Positions 48,389 through 58,902 of a stretch of 64,000 nucleotides of DNA are shown here, one piece after another. The DNA lies in NCBI GenBank assembly GCA_963704725.1, contig OY969934.1, positions 896,001 through 960,000 on the forward strand, read 5' to 3'. The notes beneath the pieces were generated by a model that was not told where the DNA came from, searched no databases, and saw only the letters and a program-made list of their open reading frames with translations. Each line of letters begins with the position of its first letter. The first letter of the stretch is position 1. This stretch comes from an uncultured Actinomycetes bacterium. GTDB lineage: Bacteria > Actinomycetota > UBA4738 > HRBIN12. The position numbers and the translations under genes were made by a program.

Positions 48389-49924
48389 TCAGGCGGCGCC
48401 GCGAGTCGCGGGCTCGCGGCGAGGGACGAGCGTCCGCGTGGCCGGGCTCCGCGGAGGCTCCCACGGGATCCGCAAGGTGAACACGGAGCCGGCCTCGCTC
48501 GAGCGATCCAACGTCAGCTCCCCCCCGATCGCGTCGGCGAGCCGGCGACAGATGTACAGGCCGAGCCCGGTTCCGCCGACGCTCCGCGTCGGGGTCTGGT
48601 CGACCTGGAAGAAGCGTTCGAACACCCGCTCCTGCGAGTCCAGGGGGATCCCCGGGCCCTGATCCTCGACGCTCAGGGTCTCGCCCCGGTCCGTCGCCCG
48701 ACCCTGGATCCAGACGTAGGTGCCGGGCGGCGTGTACTTCAGCGCGTTCTCCACCAGGTTGGACAGGATGCGATGGACCTTCGCCGCGTCCGTCCGCACG
48801 ACAGGAAGGTCCTGGTCGAAGGTCAGCGCGATCGTGTGTCCCGGCGAGCGGTCGCGGAGCTCGTTCACGACGCTGTGCGCGAGCTCGGACAGGTCCACCG
48901 TGGTGACCTCGATGGACTCGGCGTTGGCGTCCAGGCGCGCGGCGTCGAGGAGCTCCTCGATCAGTCGCTGGAGCCGATCGCTCTGGCGGGCCGCGCCCTC
49001 CAGGAACTCCCGGGATTGCTCCGCGTCGAGCTGGTCGCCGAGCTGCAACAGCGTCTTGACGTATCCCTGGATCGAGGTGAGCGGGGTGCGCAGCTCGTGG
49101 GACACCACGGCGACGAGATCGTCCTTCAGCCGGTTCAGCTCGGTCAGCTCGGTGTTCTCGACCGAGGTGCGCGCGCTCCAGTGCACGGAGGCCACCGGGA
49201 GGGCGAGGAGCGGAAGCAACGTCGGGTTGTGCTGCGCGACCACCACCACGACCGGGCCGAGCGACAGGAGGACCCCGGCCGTCACCGACTGGAAGGCGAG
49301 GTGCCGGCGGAGGTGATGCAGCGGCGGCAGGTTCTGCGAGAGCGCCACCGCGACCTCGACCACCGCGGTGTTCACGAGGAAGAACGCGATGCCGGAGGCG
49401 ACGATCGGGACGAGATCGCCCGCCACCAGGACGGCGGACCCGCCGAGAACCGCGTACACGCCTCCGGCGGCCGCCATCGATAGGACGTAGCCGGCGATGT
49501 TGAACAGCATCTTCCACGGCGGCTTCCGCCCCGTGTCGGCCGCCAGGACGGCCGCCACCATCGCGACGACCGCGGCACCCGTGCCCCAGCCGAGCATGAT
49601 CGCGAACCCGAACGTCGTTGAGGTGGTGACCTCCTCGACGTCCTGGTGGCGGGGGAGCCGGATGGGGAACAGCTCGCCGATGACCGCGAGGGCCCCCAGC
49701 AGCCAGAACGTGCCGGGCGCCCGCCCGATCTCCCGGACCCCGCCGGTCGCGGCGAGCGCGACGAACACGATCACCCCCGCCGCCGAGACCGTCGCGACGT
49801 AGAGGTCGATCGCGCGCATCCGAGCACGCCGCAACCTCTGCGTGCCCGGATCGATGGGGCGAAGCCTGCCCTCGGCGCCCGGCCGCGCGGCCGGGTCCCG
49901 CTCGGCGGGCCCGGGTCGGGTCAT
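48389..49924 (-). CDS. orphan sensor histidine kinase with a multi-TM intramembrane sensor (MASE9-like)
   Basis: 'GELFPIRLP...KPPWKMLFNIA...FLVN' TM domain; 'VSHELRTPLTSI', 'NLVENALKY', 'GGTGLGLYI'. Confidence 0.9.
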   Translation of the reverse strand: MTRPGPAERDPAARPGAEGRLRPIDPGTQRLRRARMRAIDLYVATVSAAGVIVFVALAATGGVREIGRAPGTFWLLGALAVIGELFPIRLPRHQDVEEVTTSTTFGFAIMLGWGTGAAVVAMVAAVLAADTGRKPPWKMLFNIAGYVLSMAAAGGVYAVLGGSAVLVAGDLVPIVASGIAFFLVNTAVVEVAVALSQNLPPLHHLRRHLAFQSVTAGVLLSLGPVVVVVAQHNPTLLPLLALPVASVHWSARTSVENTELTELNRLKDDLVAVVSHELRTPLTSIQGYVKTLLQLGDQLDAEQSREFLEGAARQSDRLQRLIEELLDAARLDANAESIEVTTVDLSELAHSVVNELRDRSPGHTIALTFDQDLPVVRTDAAKVHRILSNLVENALKYTPPGTYVWIQGRATDRGETLSVEDQGPGIPLDSQERVFERFFQVDQTPTRSVGGTGLGLYICRRLADAIGGELTLDRSSEAGSVFTLRIPWEPPRSPATRTLVPRREPATRGAA

Positions 49925-49947
49925 GACGCTCGGGGCTCGGTCAGCTG

Positions 49948-50055
49948 CTATCCCCACTTGAGACCGTTCGTGAAGATCTCGCCGATCCCTCCGAAGAACG
50001 CGAGGAGCGCGAGCGCCGAGGCGGCGATGGCGAGGCGAACGAGCTTGTCCTTCAT
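49948..50055 (-). CDS. 35-aa signal-peptide-like small protein MKDKLVRLAIAASALALLAFFGGIGEIFTNGLKWG
   Basis: Strong RBS GAGGAGGTGA; ATG...TAG; GC3-biased codons; ends 23 nt upstream of the kinase; absent from the ORF track (under 60 aa). Confidence 0.8.
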   Translation of the reverse strand: MKDKLVRLAIAASALALLAFFGGIGEIFTNGLKWG

Positions 50056-50273
50056 GACTCACCTCCTCACCGAGAGTCCACGTCCGTGTTCCTGGACGTA
50101 CGTCCTCCATGTTCGGTCGGCGAGGACCTACAGAACATCGGCCGACCGTCGCGTTCGCGATCGGTCGACGTCGTAGGCGTGACGAGCCCTTCGACGTAGG
50201 GCGCCGACGCCGGCATCTCGGCGTAGGAGCGGGGCCGGACCGTGCCGGACGTCGTCGTACACTCGGCCGCGAG

Positions 50274-51224
50274 ATGAAGGTCGTCGAGCACCTCGCGAAC
50301 GCCACGCGCCCCCTGGTCAGCGTCGAGATCATCCCCCCCAGGCGCGGGGGAGACGTCCGGCGGATCTACGAGGCGGTCTCCTCGTTGATGCCGTTCGACC
50401 CGCCGTTCATCGACATCACCAGCCACGCCGCCGAGGCGGTGTGGGACGAGCTCCCCGACGGGACGTGGCGACGGCGAGTCACCAGGAAGGCGCCGGGAAC
50501 GTTCGGCCTGTGCGCGGCGATCAAGCATCGATTCGACGTCGATCCCGTTCCGCACGTCCTGGCCAACGGGTTCACCCGCGAGGAGACCGAGGACGCGCTC
50601 ATCGAGCTGCACTACCTCGGCATCGAGAACGTGCTCGTGATCCGGGGCGACGGGGAGCCGCGGGTCCCCGTCGACGGCCGGTCCGCCAACGAGAGCGGCC
50701 TCGACCTCGTCCGGCAGGTCAGCGACATGAACCGCGGGGTCTACCTGGAGGAGCTGCTCGAGGCGACGCCGAGCGACTTCTGCGTCGGCGTTGCGGCGTA
50801 TCCCGAGAAGCATGTCGAGGCGCCGAACATGGAATGGGACATCTCGGTCCTGCTCGAGAAGCAGAAGGCCGGCGCCGACTACGCCGTGACCCAGATCTTC
50901 TACGACAACGAGGTGTACTTCCGTTTCCTCAAGGCCTGCCGGGACCGCGGCGTGACGATCCCGATCATCCCGGGCCTCAAGATCATCACCAGGGCTCGGC
51001 AGGTCGGCCTGATCCCGAGGACGTTCGGTGCCACGGTTCCCGAGCGACTCGTCGACCAGGTGATGGCCGCTTCCCCCGACCATGTGGTCGACATCGGCAT
51101 CGCCTGGGCGCTCGAACAGACGCGCGGGCTCTTCGACGGCGGTGCGCCGTCCGTCCATTTCTACGTCATGCAGAACACGGCGCCGCTCGTGTCGCTGATG
51201 GAGCGGCTCCGGGCCGAACCCTGA
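50274..51224 (+). CDS. metF: 5,10-methylenetetrahydrofolate reductase
   Basis: 'VSVEIIPP', 'FIDITSH', 'VPH', 'IRGD', 'GVAAYPEKH', 'VTQIFYDN', 'VHFYVM'. Confidence 0.92.
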   Translation: MKVVEHLANATRPLVSVEIIPPRRGGDVRRIYEAVSSLMPFDPPFIDITSHAAEAVWDELPDGTWRRRVTRKAPGTFGLCAAIKHRFDVDPVPHVLANGFTREETEDALIELHYLGIENVLVIRGDGEPRVPVDGRSANESGLDLVRQVSDMNRGVYLEELLEATPSDFCVGVAAYPEKHVEAPNMEWDISVLLEKQKAGADYAVTQIFYDNEVYFRFLKACRDRGVTIPIIPGLKIITRARQVGLIPRTFGATVPERLVDQVMAASPDHVVDIGIAWALEQTRGLFDGGAPSVHFYVMQNTAPLVSLMERLRAEP

Positions 51225-51230
51225 ACGCGC

Positions 51231-51260
51231 CGAGGGCGCCGGCTGGTGCCGGCGCCCTCG
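51231..51260. terminator. bidirectional hairpin between metF and the multicopper oxidase
   Basis: CGAGGGCGCCGGC-TGGT-GCCGGCGCCCTCG, perfect 13-bp stem. Confidence 0.75.
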
Positions 51261-51275
51261 TGCGATGCCGCGTCG

Positions 51276-54200
51276 TTACGGCGTGGTGATGACGAACACG
51301 TTCGACCAGGCCGACGAACCGACGACGTTGAACGTCGCACGGATCCGGTAGTAGTAGGTCGTGCCCCGAAGCAGTCGTGTCTGCGTGACCGTGGTGACGG
51401 TCGCACCGAGCTGTTGACTGCTCGCCCTGGTGAACGCCGGGTTGGTGGCCCGCTGGAGCTGGAACCCGGTCTGGCCGACCGAGTTGATGAGCCAGGTCAG
51501 GGTCACGTTGGCCCGGTTGCCGGCCACGACCGCGGAGCCGTCGAGGCCGGACGGTGCGGTCATGTCTGGCACGACGACCACCCCGGTGGTGGTCGCGTAC
51601 GCGGACTGGCCCGCCGTGTTCACGGCTGCCACCCGGTATGCATGGCTCCCGGGCGTGACCGTCGTGTCCGTGAACACGACGGTTCCGGTGCGGTTCCGGG
51701 CCGGGACCGAGGCGATCTGAACGAACGGCTGTCCGTTGGAGGACCGCTCCACCACGAAGCCGGTCTCGTTCGTCGCGTTGTCCCGCCAGCTCAGGCGAAC
51801 CTGAGGACCGGCCTGCAGCTGCGCCACCGCGTTGGTCGGAGCGTTCGGCAGCGTCGGCACGACGACGATCGCCGTGCTCGACCACGCGGATGTTCCCACC
51901 ACGTTCACCGCGGCAACCCGGTAGCCATACGTGGCTCCGGGGTTGACCGGCGTGTCGAGGAACGCCGTCGCGGTCGGCGTCGCGATCTGCACCCACGCCC
52001 CGCCGTTGGTCTGCTTCTCCACGACGAATCCCGTCCAGTCCAGGTTGTCGGTCCAGGACAGACCGATCTGCGTCGGTGTCGTCGCGGTCCCCGCCACCAA
52101 GGTCGCCGTCAGCGTCGGAGTGGCCGGGAGGAACACCGGCACCGTGACCGCGTTCGACGGCAGCGACCGTCCCACGAAGTTCTCCGCGAGGACCTGGTAG
52201 ACGTAGGTCTGGCCGATCGCCGGCGAGTCCAGGTAGGACTGGCTGTTCGCCGGGAGCGTGGCCAGATCGGCCCAGTTCGCCCCGCCGTCGATCGATCGCT
52301 GGACCACGTAACCGATCTCGTCGGCGGCGTTGTCCGTCCAGGTCAGAGAGACCTGGGGACCGGACTGGAGAGCCGCTTGGAGACCGGTCGGGGCCACGGG
52401 AAGCAACACCTGCCACCGTGGCGGTGTTCGACCAGGCCGATGGCCCGGCGGCGTTCACCGCGCGGACGCGGTAGTCGTACGCCTCGCCCACCGGCATCGT
52501 CGTGTCCGCGTAGGACTGGCTGTTGACGGCCGGCGTCGCGATCTGGGTCCACGACCCGCTGCCGCTGATCGACCGCTCGACCTCGAAGCCGGTCTCATCG
52601 GTGGCGTAGTCCGTCCAGGTCAGAGAGACCTGTGGGCCGGACTGCAGGACCGCCGTGAGGTTGGCCGGAGCGTTCGGCACCGCCGCCGGCACCAGGACCG
52701 TCTCCGGGGTGCTGAGGACCCATGCGGACGGGATGGCCCCGCCCACGGCCCGCAGCCGATACCCGTAGGTGTGACTGGGTGCCACGGCCGTGTCCGTGTG
52801 GGCGGTCGAACCCGCGACAGGAGTCGCGATCTGGGTCCAGGCCCCGCCGTTGTTCGTGCGCTCGATCTCGAAGCTGGCCGTGCCGTTCGAGTTGTCCTGC
52901 CAGGCCAGATCGATCGAGTTGCCGAGAACCGCCGTGAAGTTGGACGGCGCAGCCGGTCCGCCCACGTTCAGCGGGTCGGAGACCGACTTCACGGTCTGTT
53001 GCATGTACGCCCCGCCGTAGCCGACCGTGTTCCGGGTAACGACCCGGTATATGACGGGCGTGGTCGGGGGAGCCGGGTCCGCGAGCGTCCGGACCTCGTG
53101 GACGTTCGGCTGATCCAGCGGTGACTGGATCACACCGACGTCCGTCCAGGTCGTCCCGTCGTCGGACCGCTGCACCAGGAACGACGTCTCGTTGATGGAG
53201 TTGTCGTTCCAGGTCAGGTTGACCCCGTCGAACGCCAAACCGTCCGCCTTGTTCGGCGGGATCGCCACCGTCACCGGCCGCATCATGTCCATCTCCTCGT
53301 GCGACAGGATGTGGCAGTGGTAGACGTACTCCCAGCCGAAGTTGACGAGCTGGTTCGTGATCGGGTCGGTCGGGTCGCCGTTCGCGTCCACGTTGTTGAA
53401 CCCGAGGGTGGAGCCCTCCGGCATCATCGGGTTCAGGGTGCGGACGCTGTTCGGCAGCTCGAACGGGAGCGACGGGATCACCGGCCGGAGGGCCACGATC
53501 GTGTCCTCGAGCGGGCTCACCCGGATGGTGTCCTTCCACCCGAGCTCCGTCGGGTCGGGCGGGATGATGATGTTGTCCCACGTGACCCGGTTCAGGACCT
53601 GCACGTCGTAGAGGTGGAAGTGGATCGGGTGCGTGTCCACCCCGTTGTGCGTGATCTTCCAGATCTGCGTGCCGTCGTTCGCGGTCGCGATCGGCGTGAC
53701 CGAGACGTCACCGGTCGGAAGGTCGGTGGCGTCGATGAGCTCGGTGGACGGGTTCACGTACGGGTACAGGATGATGTTCTGCAACAGCGGGTTCGCGTTC
53801 GGAGCTTCGAGCCCGAGGTTGGCGGTCATCCTCCCGAACTCGTCGAAGGACGCCGAGTTCATCTCGTCGTGGATCCCCTTCGGCTGGAACGGGATCTGTA
53901 GCTTCCCGCTCCCCGGCGCGAAGGCGCTCCGCAACCCGTTGAAGCCGAACAGGTCCGTCGGGTGGTTCCCCTCCTGGATCCTGGCGTAGCCGTCGCATCT
54001 GGTCGCCGCGGCGCTGGCCGGATCCAGGGTCGGGTTGTTGCACCACCCGGCCGACACGAAGTTCGTGCCGTACGCCGAGTTGTAGGCGGCCTGCCCGACG
54101 ATGATCGGGTGCTGGCCCGACTCGAAGACGCCGGAGCCGTCCGCGTGGTGGCGGAACAGGGCGCGCAGCGCCGCGAGGTTGAACGCCGGGGCCGGAGCCG

Positions 54201-57024
54201 AGGCGCTGACGTGGACCTGCATGATCGTACGGGTGTTCGGCCCGTAGCCGGGCAGGGTGGTCGGCGCGCAGGCCGGCGTCAGGTCGGGGCCGCCCGTGTA
54301 GTAGTCGTAGCAGGCGACCCTGGCCGGGAACGCGGCCGGCGCGTCGTTGTACAGGATCAGCGTCTGACCCGCGTACCGGGAGAAGTCGACGATCGTGTCG
54401 GCCCTCTCCGCGGGCGCGAGCAGCAGCGAATGCTGGTCCACGTTGCCGACGTCGAACCGCGTCGGATCGGTGATCCAGGTGATCGGCTGGGCCGGGACCA
54501 CGACCGGAGCCGGCAGGAACCCGCCCTCGGTGCCGATCTGGACCCAGTCGGGGCCTGCGGGGCTCTGGTTCAGGTCCGGTGTGGGAACGACGTTGGGGTC
54601 CTGCTGAGCGGCGGCAAGCTCGCTCGCCTTCAGCGCGACCTCGGTGTCATCACTCGGATCGTTCGGTGTGCCCGCGTCGTCGGCCACGTACCACTGGAGG
54701 TTCCAGAAGCGGTCGTTGGCCGCGTTCAGGATCCGGAAGCGATACGCCGTGGGATCCACCGTCGTGGTCGGGTAGGCCGTGCCGTTGACGATGGGCGTGT
54801 CGTTGAACTGCTCCATCCCGGCCGAGATGTTCGGCGTACCCGGGATCAGCGCGGGCTCGCAGAACCCGTCCGGCGCCGTGGCGGGGTCGCAGTTCGGGTC
54901 GTAGTACGGGTTGTCGATCGGCCCGTACAGCGGAGACGCCGGCGGCCAGAACCACGGCCCGTACATCCAGCGCCCGAAGCCGCTCATGCCGCTCGGGTCG
55001 CCGGGGTTCTGTGCGGGCATGTAGACGTGGTGGTACCAGAGGTTGCCCGTGTCGCCCCAGCGAGCGGCGTCCCAGGTGGGATCCTGCTGGGCGAGCTGGG
55101 CGGGGCCGGGCACGAAGGTCCGGTCCTGGATGATCAGCGGGGTTCCCTCGCCCATGTCGGCGTAGGGGCCGCCGGAGCCGAACAGAGCCTGCTCGGTGTC
55201 GTCGGTGATGACGTAGCCGGCGGCCTCGCCCGCGTACACGTTCAGGCGGGTGATCCCCCAGGCGTGGTCGTGATAGAACATCAGCCGCGCCGACTGCTGG
55301 TTCGTGTAGTAGAAGGTCTGGCAGCCGTCGTTCGCCGCCGAGCAGTCCGGGACATCAGCGGGCTGACCTCCGCCCACCATGTCGGGGACGTTCTGCACGC
55401 TCACGCCCTGCGGCCAGGGTGTCGTCTCGTCGGCCGGTGTGATCCACTGGTGCGGGGTTCCGTCGGAGATCCACGGGGTGATCCCGCCGTGCAGGTGGAG
55501 CGTCGCCCGGTTGTCCTTGAAGCACATGTCGGACTTCGGGTACTCGTTGCACAGAGGGTTCCGGACTCCGTCCAGGACGGTGCCCTCGTCCACCGGGTCG
55601 GCCATGCCCATCATCGGGCCCATGCCCGAGCCCATGATGCTCGAGTCCACCGGCAGGAACAGGTCGCCCTCGCTGCCCGTGGGCAGCAGGTTGTAGAAGA
55701 CGATCCGAACCGGACGGTCCTTCGTCGCCACGATGACCGGCCCAAGGAAGTGCGGGTCGTCCACGCCGACCGCCTGCGTGCCGTCTGGCATCAGGGTCGG
55801 CGTCGTCGTGCCGTCCTTGAGGTCGGTCACCAACGGCACCTGGCTACCGGGAACGACGCTCGTGGAGAGCTGGACGTACTCGCGCAGGAGCGTCGGGGGC
55901 AGGTCCGAGTGCATCTGCTCCCGGTGCTGCACCACGGCGATCACGTAGAAGTCGGCCCCCGGGAACGTCGTGGTGTCCGGCTGCGCGATCGGCAGGTACT
56001 GCCCGAGGTCGTTCGCCCCGGTCGGACCGAGCCCCGGCAGCGTGTCCACGAACTTGCGGATCCCTCCGCCCGTGACGTAGCCCGAGCCGCCGACGAGGTT
56101 CGCGACGTCCGTGATCGTCCCGGACGAAGCCGTGGCCGAGGCCAGCGCGCCTTGCCCGGGCCCGTTGTTCTGGTCCGTGACGGTCACGACCGGGGTGGCC
56201 GTGTACCCGCTGCCGAACGTGTCCAGCACGATCGACTGCACGGACAGGGTGGCCGAGGCAACGGCTCCCGTCCCGCCGGGCCGGATGGGGTCGAACTGCG
56301 TCCCGTCCAGGATCGCCACGCCGGGTGCCGACGTGTAGCCGGATCCCGGAGTGTCGAGCACGATGCCCGTGATCGACACCTCGCCGGGGGTCCCGTCGGG
56401 GAGCGGGGGCACGGTGCAGTAGGGAGGACTTCCCTCGACATCACCCGCGCACAGGACGTGCGCCGTGGGCACCGTGCCGTTCGGGTCGTCCGGGAGGTCG
56501 AACGCGACCGTCGGCACGTGGTAGCCCGCGCCCCCGTCGACCAGGCTCAGCGCGTCCACGCTGCCGAACGCGGTCGCGGTCGCATCCGGCGCTCCGCCGG
56601 AGAACGCGACGACCGGATGGACGTACCCGGCGCCCGGCGCGTCCACCTGCACGGCGGAGACCGCGCCGGAGGACGTGACGACCGCGTCGGCCGATGCTCC
56701 GGTCCCGGCTCCCGTGAAGGCGATCGTCGCGAAGGAGTAACCGCTGCCCGGGTCGGTGATCGTGACGCCGGTGATGGCTCCGTTCGCTCCGACCGTCGCC
56801 GTGGCCGTGGCGCCAGTCCCGTCGCCCTGGATGTCGACCGCGACATCCGGCAACGTGTACGGGCTGTTGGCCCAGTTCGGATACGGCCCGAAGTAGTGCG
56901 GGACCTTCGTCTCATCCGTCGGGCTGATCGGTGCAGCGGTGGCCACGCCGCCTGGAATCTGCCCGGCCATCATCGCGATCATCGCGACGATGGACAGGAT
57001 CCCGACGATCTTGTGTTTGCTCAT
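51276..57024 (-). CDS. large secreted multicopper oxidase with fibronectin type III repeats; 1-nt frameshift near 52410
   Basis: Signal peptide; all four Cu motifs (HLHG, YHDH, HPIHFH, HCHILSHEEMDMM); FN3 repeats continue in ORF 51276-52409 in another frame. Confidence 0.85.
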
Positions 57025-57158
57025 CGTGCGGTGCCCCCTCTCCAGAGGCCCAAGACCGAGTCCTCTCCTGCCCCGCGGAGCCGGCGCTCGGTCACCGTCC
57101 GGCAAAGGGGGGTCTCCTCGTGTCGATGACCTTCGTGAGGCCTAGCCCGACGCCCGTG

Positions 57159-57179
57159 GCTCGGACCATGGGTCCGAGC
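57159..57179. promoter_or_regulatory. palindrome GCTCGGACC-ATG-GGTCCGAGC upstream of the multicopper oxidase
   Basis: 9-bp arms; ATGGGTCCGAG recurs 90 bp away at 57258-57268. Confidence 0.5.
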
Positions 57180-57325
57180 TCGAGATGTCGCCGGGTCGGC
57201 CGTCCCTTCCGACGCCGCACCCTCCCCTGTCCGGCGCAGGCCTGGCCGACGAAGAGGATGGGTCCGAGGGAGAGATCGCTTGAGAGCCGGGGGACCTCCC
57301 CCTGAGGGATCGAAGGTCCCTGGGG

Positions 57326-58204
57326 TTACGTCGTTTGGCGGAGATGCGTGGCGAGCGCGCTGAGGTCGCGCGCGCCGAGCCCCGCGTCGAGGGCATCTCG
57401 CACCGCGGCGCGGTTGGCCTCGCCCTGGCGCATGGGGGCGCCGACCTCGGCGGCGAGGGCGAGGATCAGGTCGAGGTCCTTGGCCACGAGGCCGAGGCTG
57501 AACGCGACGGGCGTCTCGTCGGGCCGCTCGAACGCCGGCCGCTTGTACAGGACGAAGGGGGCCGCGGCCGCGCCCGAGGCGAAGACCTCGTAGGCGGTCG
57601 TGCGCTCGATCCCGGCGCGCTCGGCGAGCACGAGCGCCTCGGAGAGCGCCACGCCGAGCCCGTGGACGAGCCCGTTCACCGCCAGCTTGATCGTGGCTCC
57701 GCTCCCGAGGCCGCCCACGTGGATCACTTTCTTCGACAGCGCGTCGAGCACGGGGCGGACGCGTTCGAGCGCAGCGGCGTCCCCGCCGACCATGATCAGG
57801 AGCGTGCCGGTCTCGACCAGCGGCACGCTTCCGGAGACCGGCGCGTCCAGCAGGGTCGCGCCCCGAGCCTCGATCGCGGGTGCGACCTGCCGCACCGTCT
57901 GCGGCGCGATCGTGCTCATCTCGAGCACGACGTGCCCGGGCCGAAGCCCCTCGGCGAGCTGCGAGCAGACGGCAACGACGGCGTCGTCGTCGGCCAGGCT
58001 CGTGATCGCGAGGTCGGCGGACGCGACCGCCTCGGCCGCCGTCCGGGCCACCGTCGCGCCCGTCCGCGACCCCACGTCGTCCGCCTTGGCGCGGCCGCGG
58101 TTCCACACGACGACACCGAACCCGGATCGGGCGAGCGTGCCGGCCATCGCGCCGCCCATGCGGCCCGCTCCGAGGATCGCGACGGTGGTGCCGGACTCGC
58201 TCAC
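57326..58204 (-). CDS. beta-hydroxyacid dehydrogenase (3-hydroxyisobutyrate dehydrogenase family)
   Basis: 'ILGAGRMGG', 'EMSTIAP', 'LDAPVSGS', 'IKLAVN', 'AKDL'. Confidence 0.92.
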   Translation of the reverse strand: MSESGTTVAILGAGRMGGAMAGTLARSGFGVVVWNRGRAKADDVGSRTGATVARTAAEAVASADLAITSLADDDAVVAVCSQLAEGLRPGHVVLEMSTIAPQTVRQVAPAIEARGATLLDAPVSGSVPLVETGTLLIMVGGDAAALERVRPVLDALSKKVIHVGGLGSGATIKLAVNGLVHGLGVALSEALVLAERAGIERTTAYEVFASGAAAAPFVLYKRPAFERPDETPVAFSLGLVAKDLDLILALAAEVGAPMRQGEANRAAVRDALDAGLGARDLSALATHLRQTT

Positions 58205-58902
58205 AGGGGCAGCGTCCACCCGCCGTCGACCCGGAGCTCGGCGCCGGCCATCGAGCGATTCTCGAGCAGGAACGTCGCGGCATCGACGATCTCGCCCATC
58301 GCCACCCATCGGCCGGTGAGTGCCCGCTTCCTCACGGCCTCGAGCGCCTCGGTCTTGCCGGCCCAGTAGGGGCTGTCGCCGACGATCCCCGGGTGGAGCG
58401 CGTTGACCCGGATCGGCGCGAGCTCGACCGAGAGCGTCCGGACCAGGCCGTCGACGCCGTGATTGATCGTCGTGATGGTCGTCGATCCGGGATACGGGCG
58501 GTCCTTCGCCAGGCCGCCGAACATCACGACGGCGGACTCGTCGTGCATCCTCGGAACGAGCGCGTGCACGACCTCCGTGTACCCGACGAGCTTGAGGGTC
58601 ACCAGGCGGACGGCCGCGGCCACGTCGTACTCGCGCACGGTGTTCTGGTCGCGATCGAGCGCCGCGAGCACCAGATAGTCGACGTCGCCGAGACCCGCGA
58701 CCGCGGGCGCGATGCTCTGGGGCTCGGACAGGTCGAACGCGATCCCGGTCGTCGAGCCCCCGAGCTCGGCCGCGACCTCCTTGGCGCGAACGTCGTCGCG
58801 ACCGGTGACGACGACCTCGCGGCCCTCGTCGGCGTAGTGGCGGGCGACCTCCTTCCCGAGCCCCGTCGTGCCGCCGACCACCACGACCAGACCGTCGTTC
58901 AT
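58201..58902 (-). CDS. atypical short-chain dehydrogenase/reductase
   Basis: 'VGGTTGLG', 'ELAPIRVNALHPG', 'VDGG'; YxxxK replaced by 'ITTIN'. Confidence 0.88.
   Translation of the reverse strand: MNDGLVVVVGGTTGLGKEVARHYADEGREVVVTGRDDVRAKEVAAELGGSTTGIAFDLSEPQSIAPAVAGLGDVDYLVLAALDRDQNTVREYDVAAAVRLVTLKLVGYTEVVHALVPRMHDESAVVMFGGLAKDRPYPGSTTITTINHGVDGLVRTLSVELAPIRVNALHPGIVGDSPYWAGKTEALEAVRKRALTGRWVAMGEIVDAATFLLENRSMAGAELRVDGGWTLPL

Noticed and set aside
50060-50273. SAM riboswitch upstream of metF
   Set aside because: No SAM-I/IV core recognised; a -10-like TACACT lies only about 11 nt before the ATG, leaving no room for a leader
51166-52405. C-terminal 410 aa of the 1979-aa ORF as real protein
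   Set aside because: Arg/Gly-rich off-frame sequence; the alternative frame encodes clear FN3 repeats
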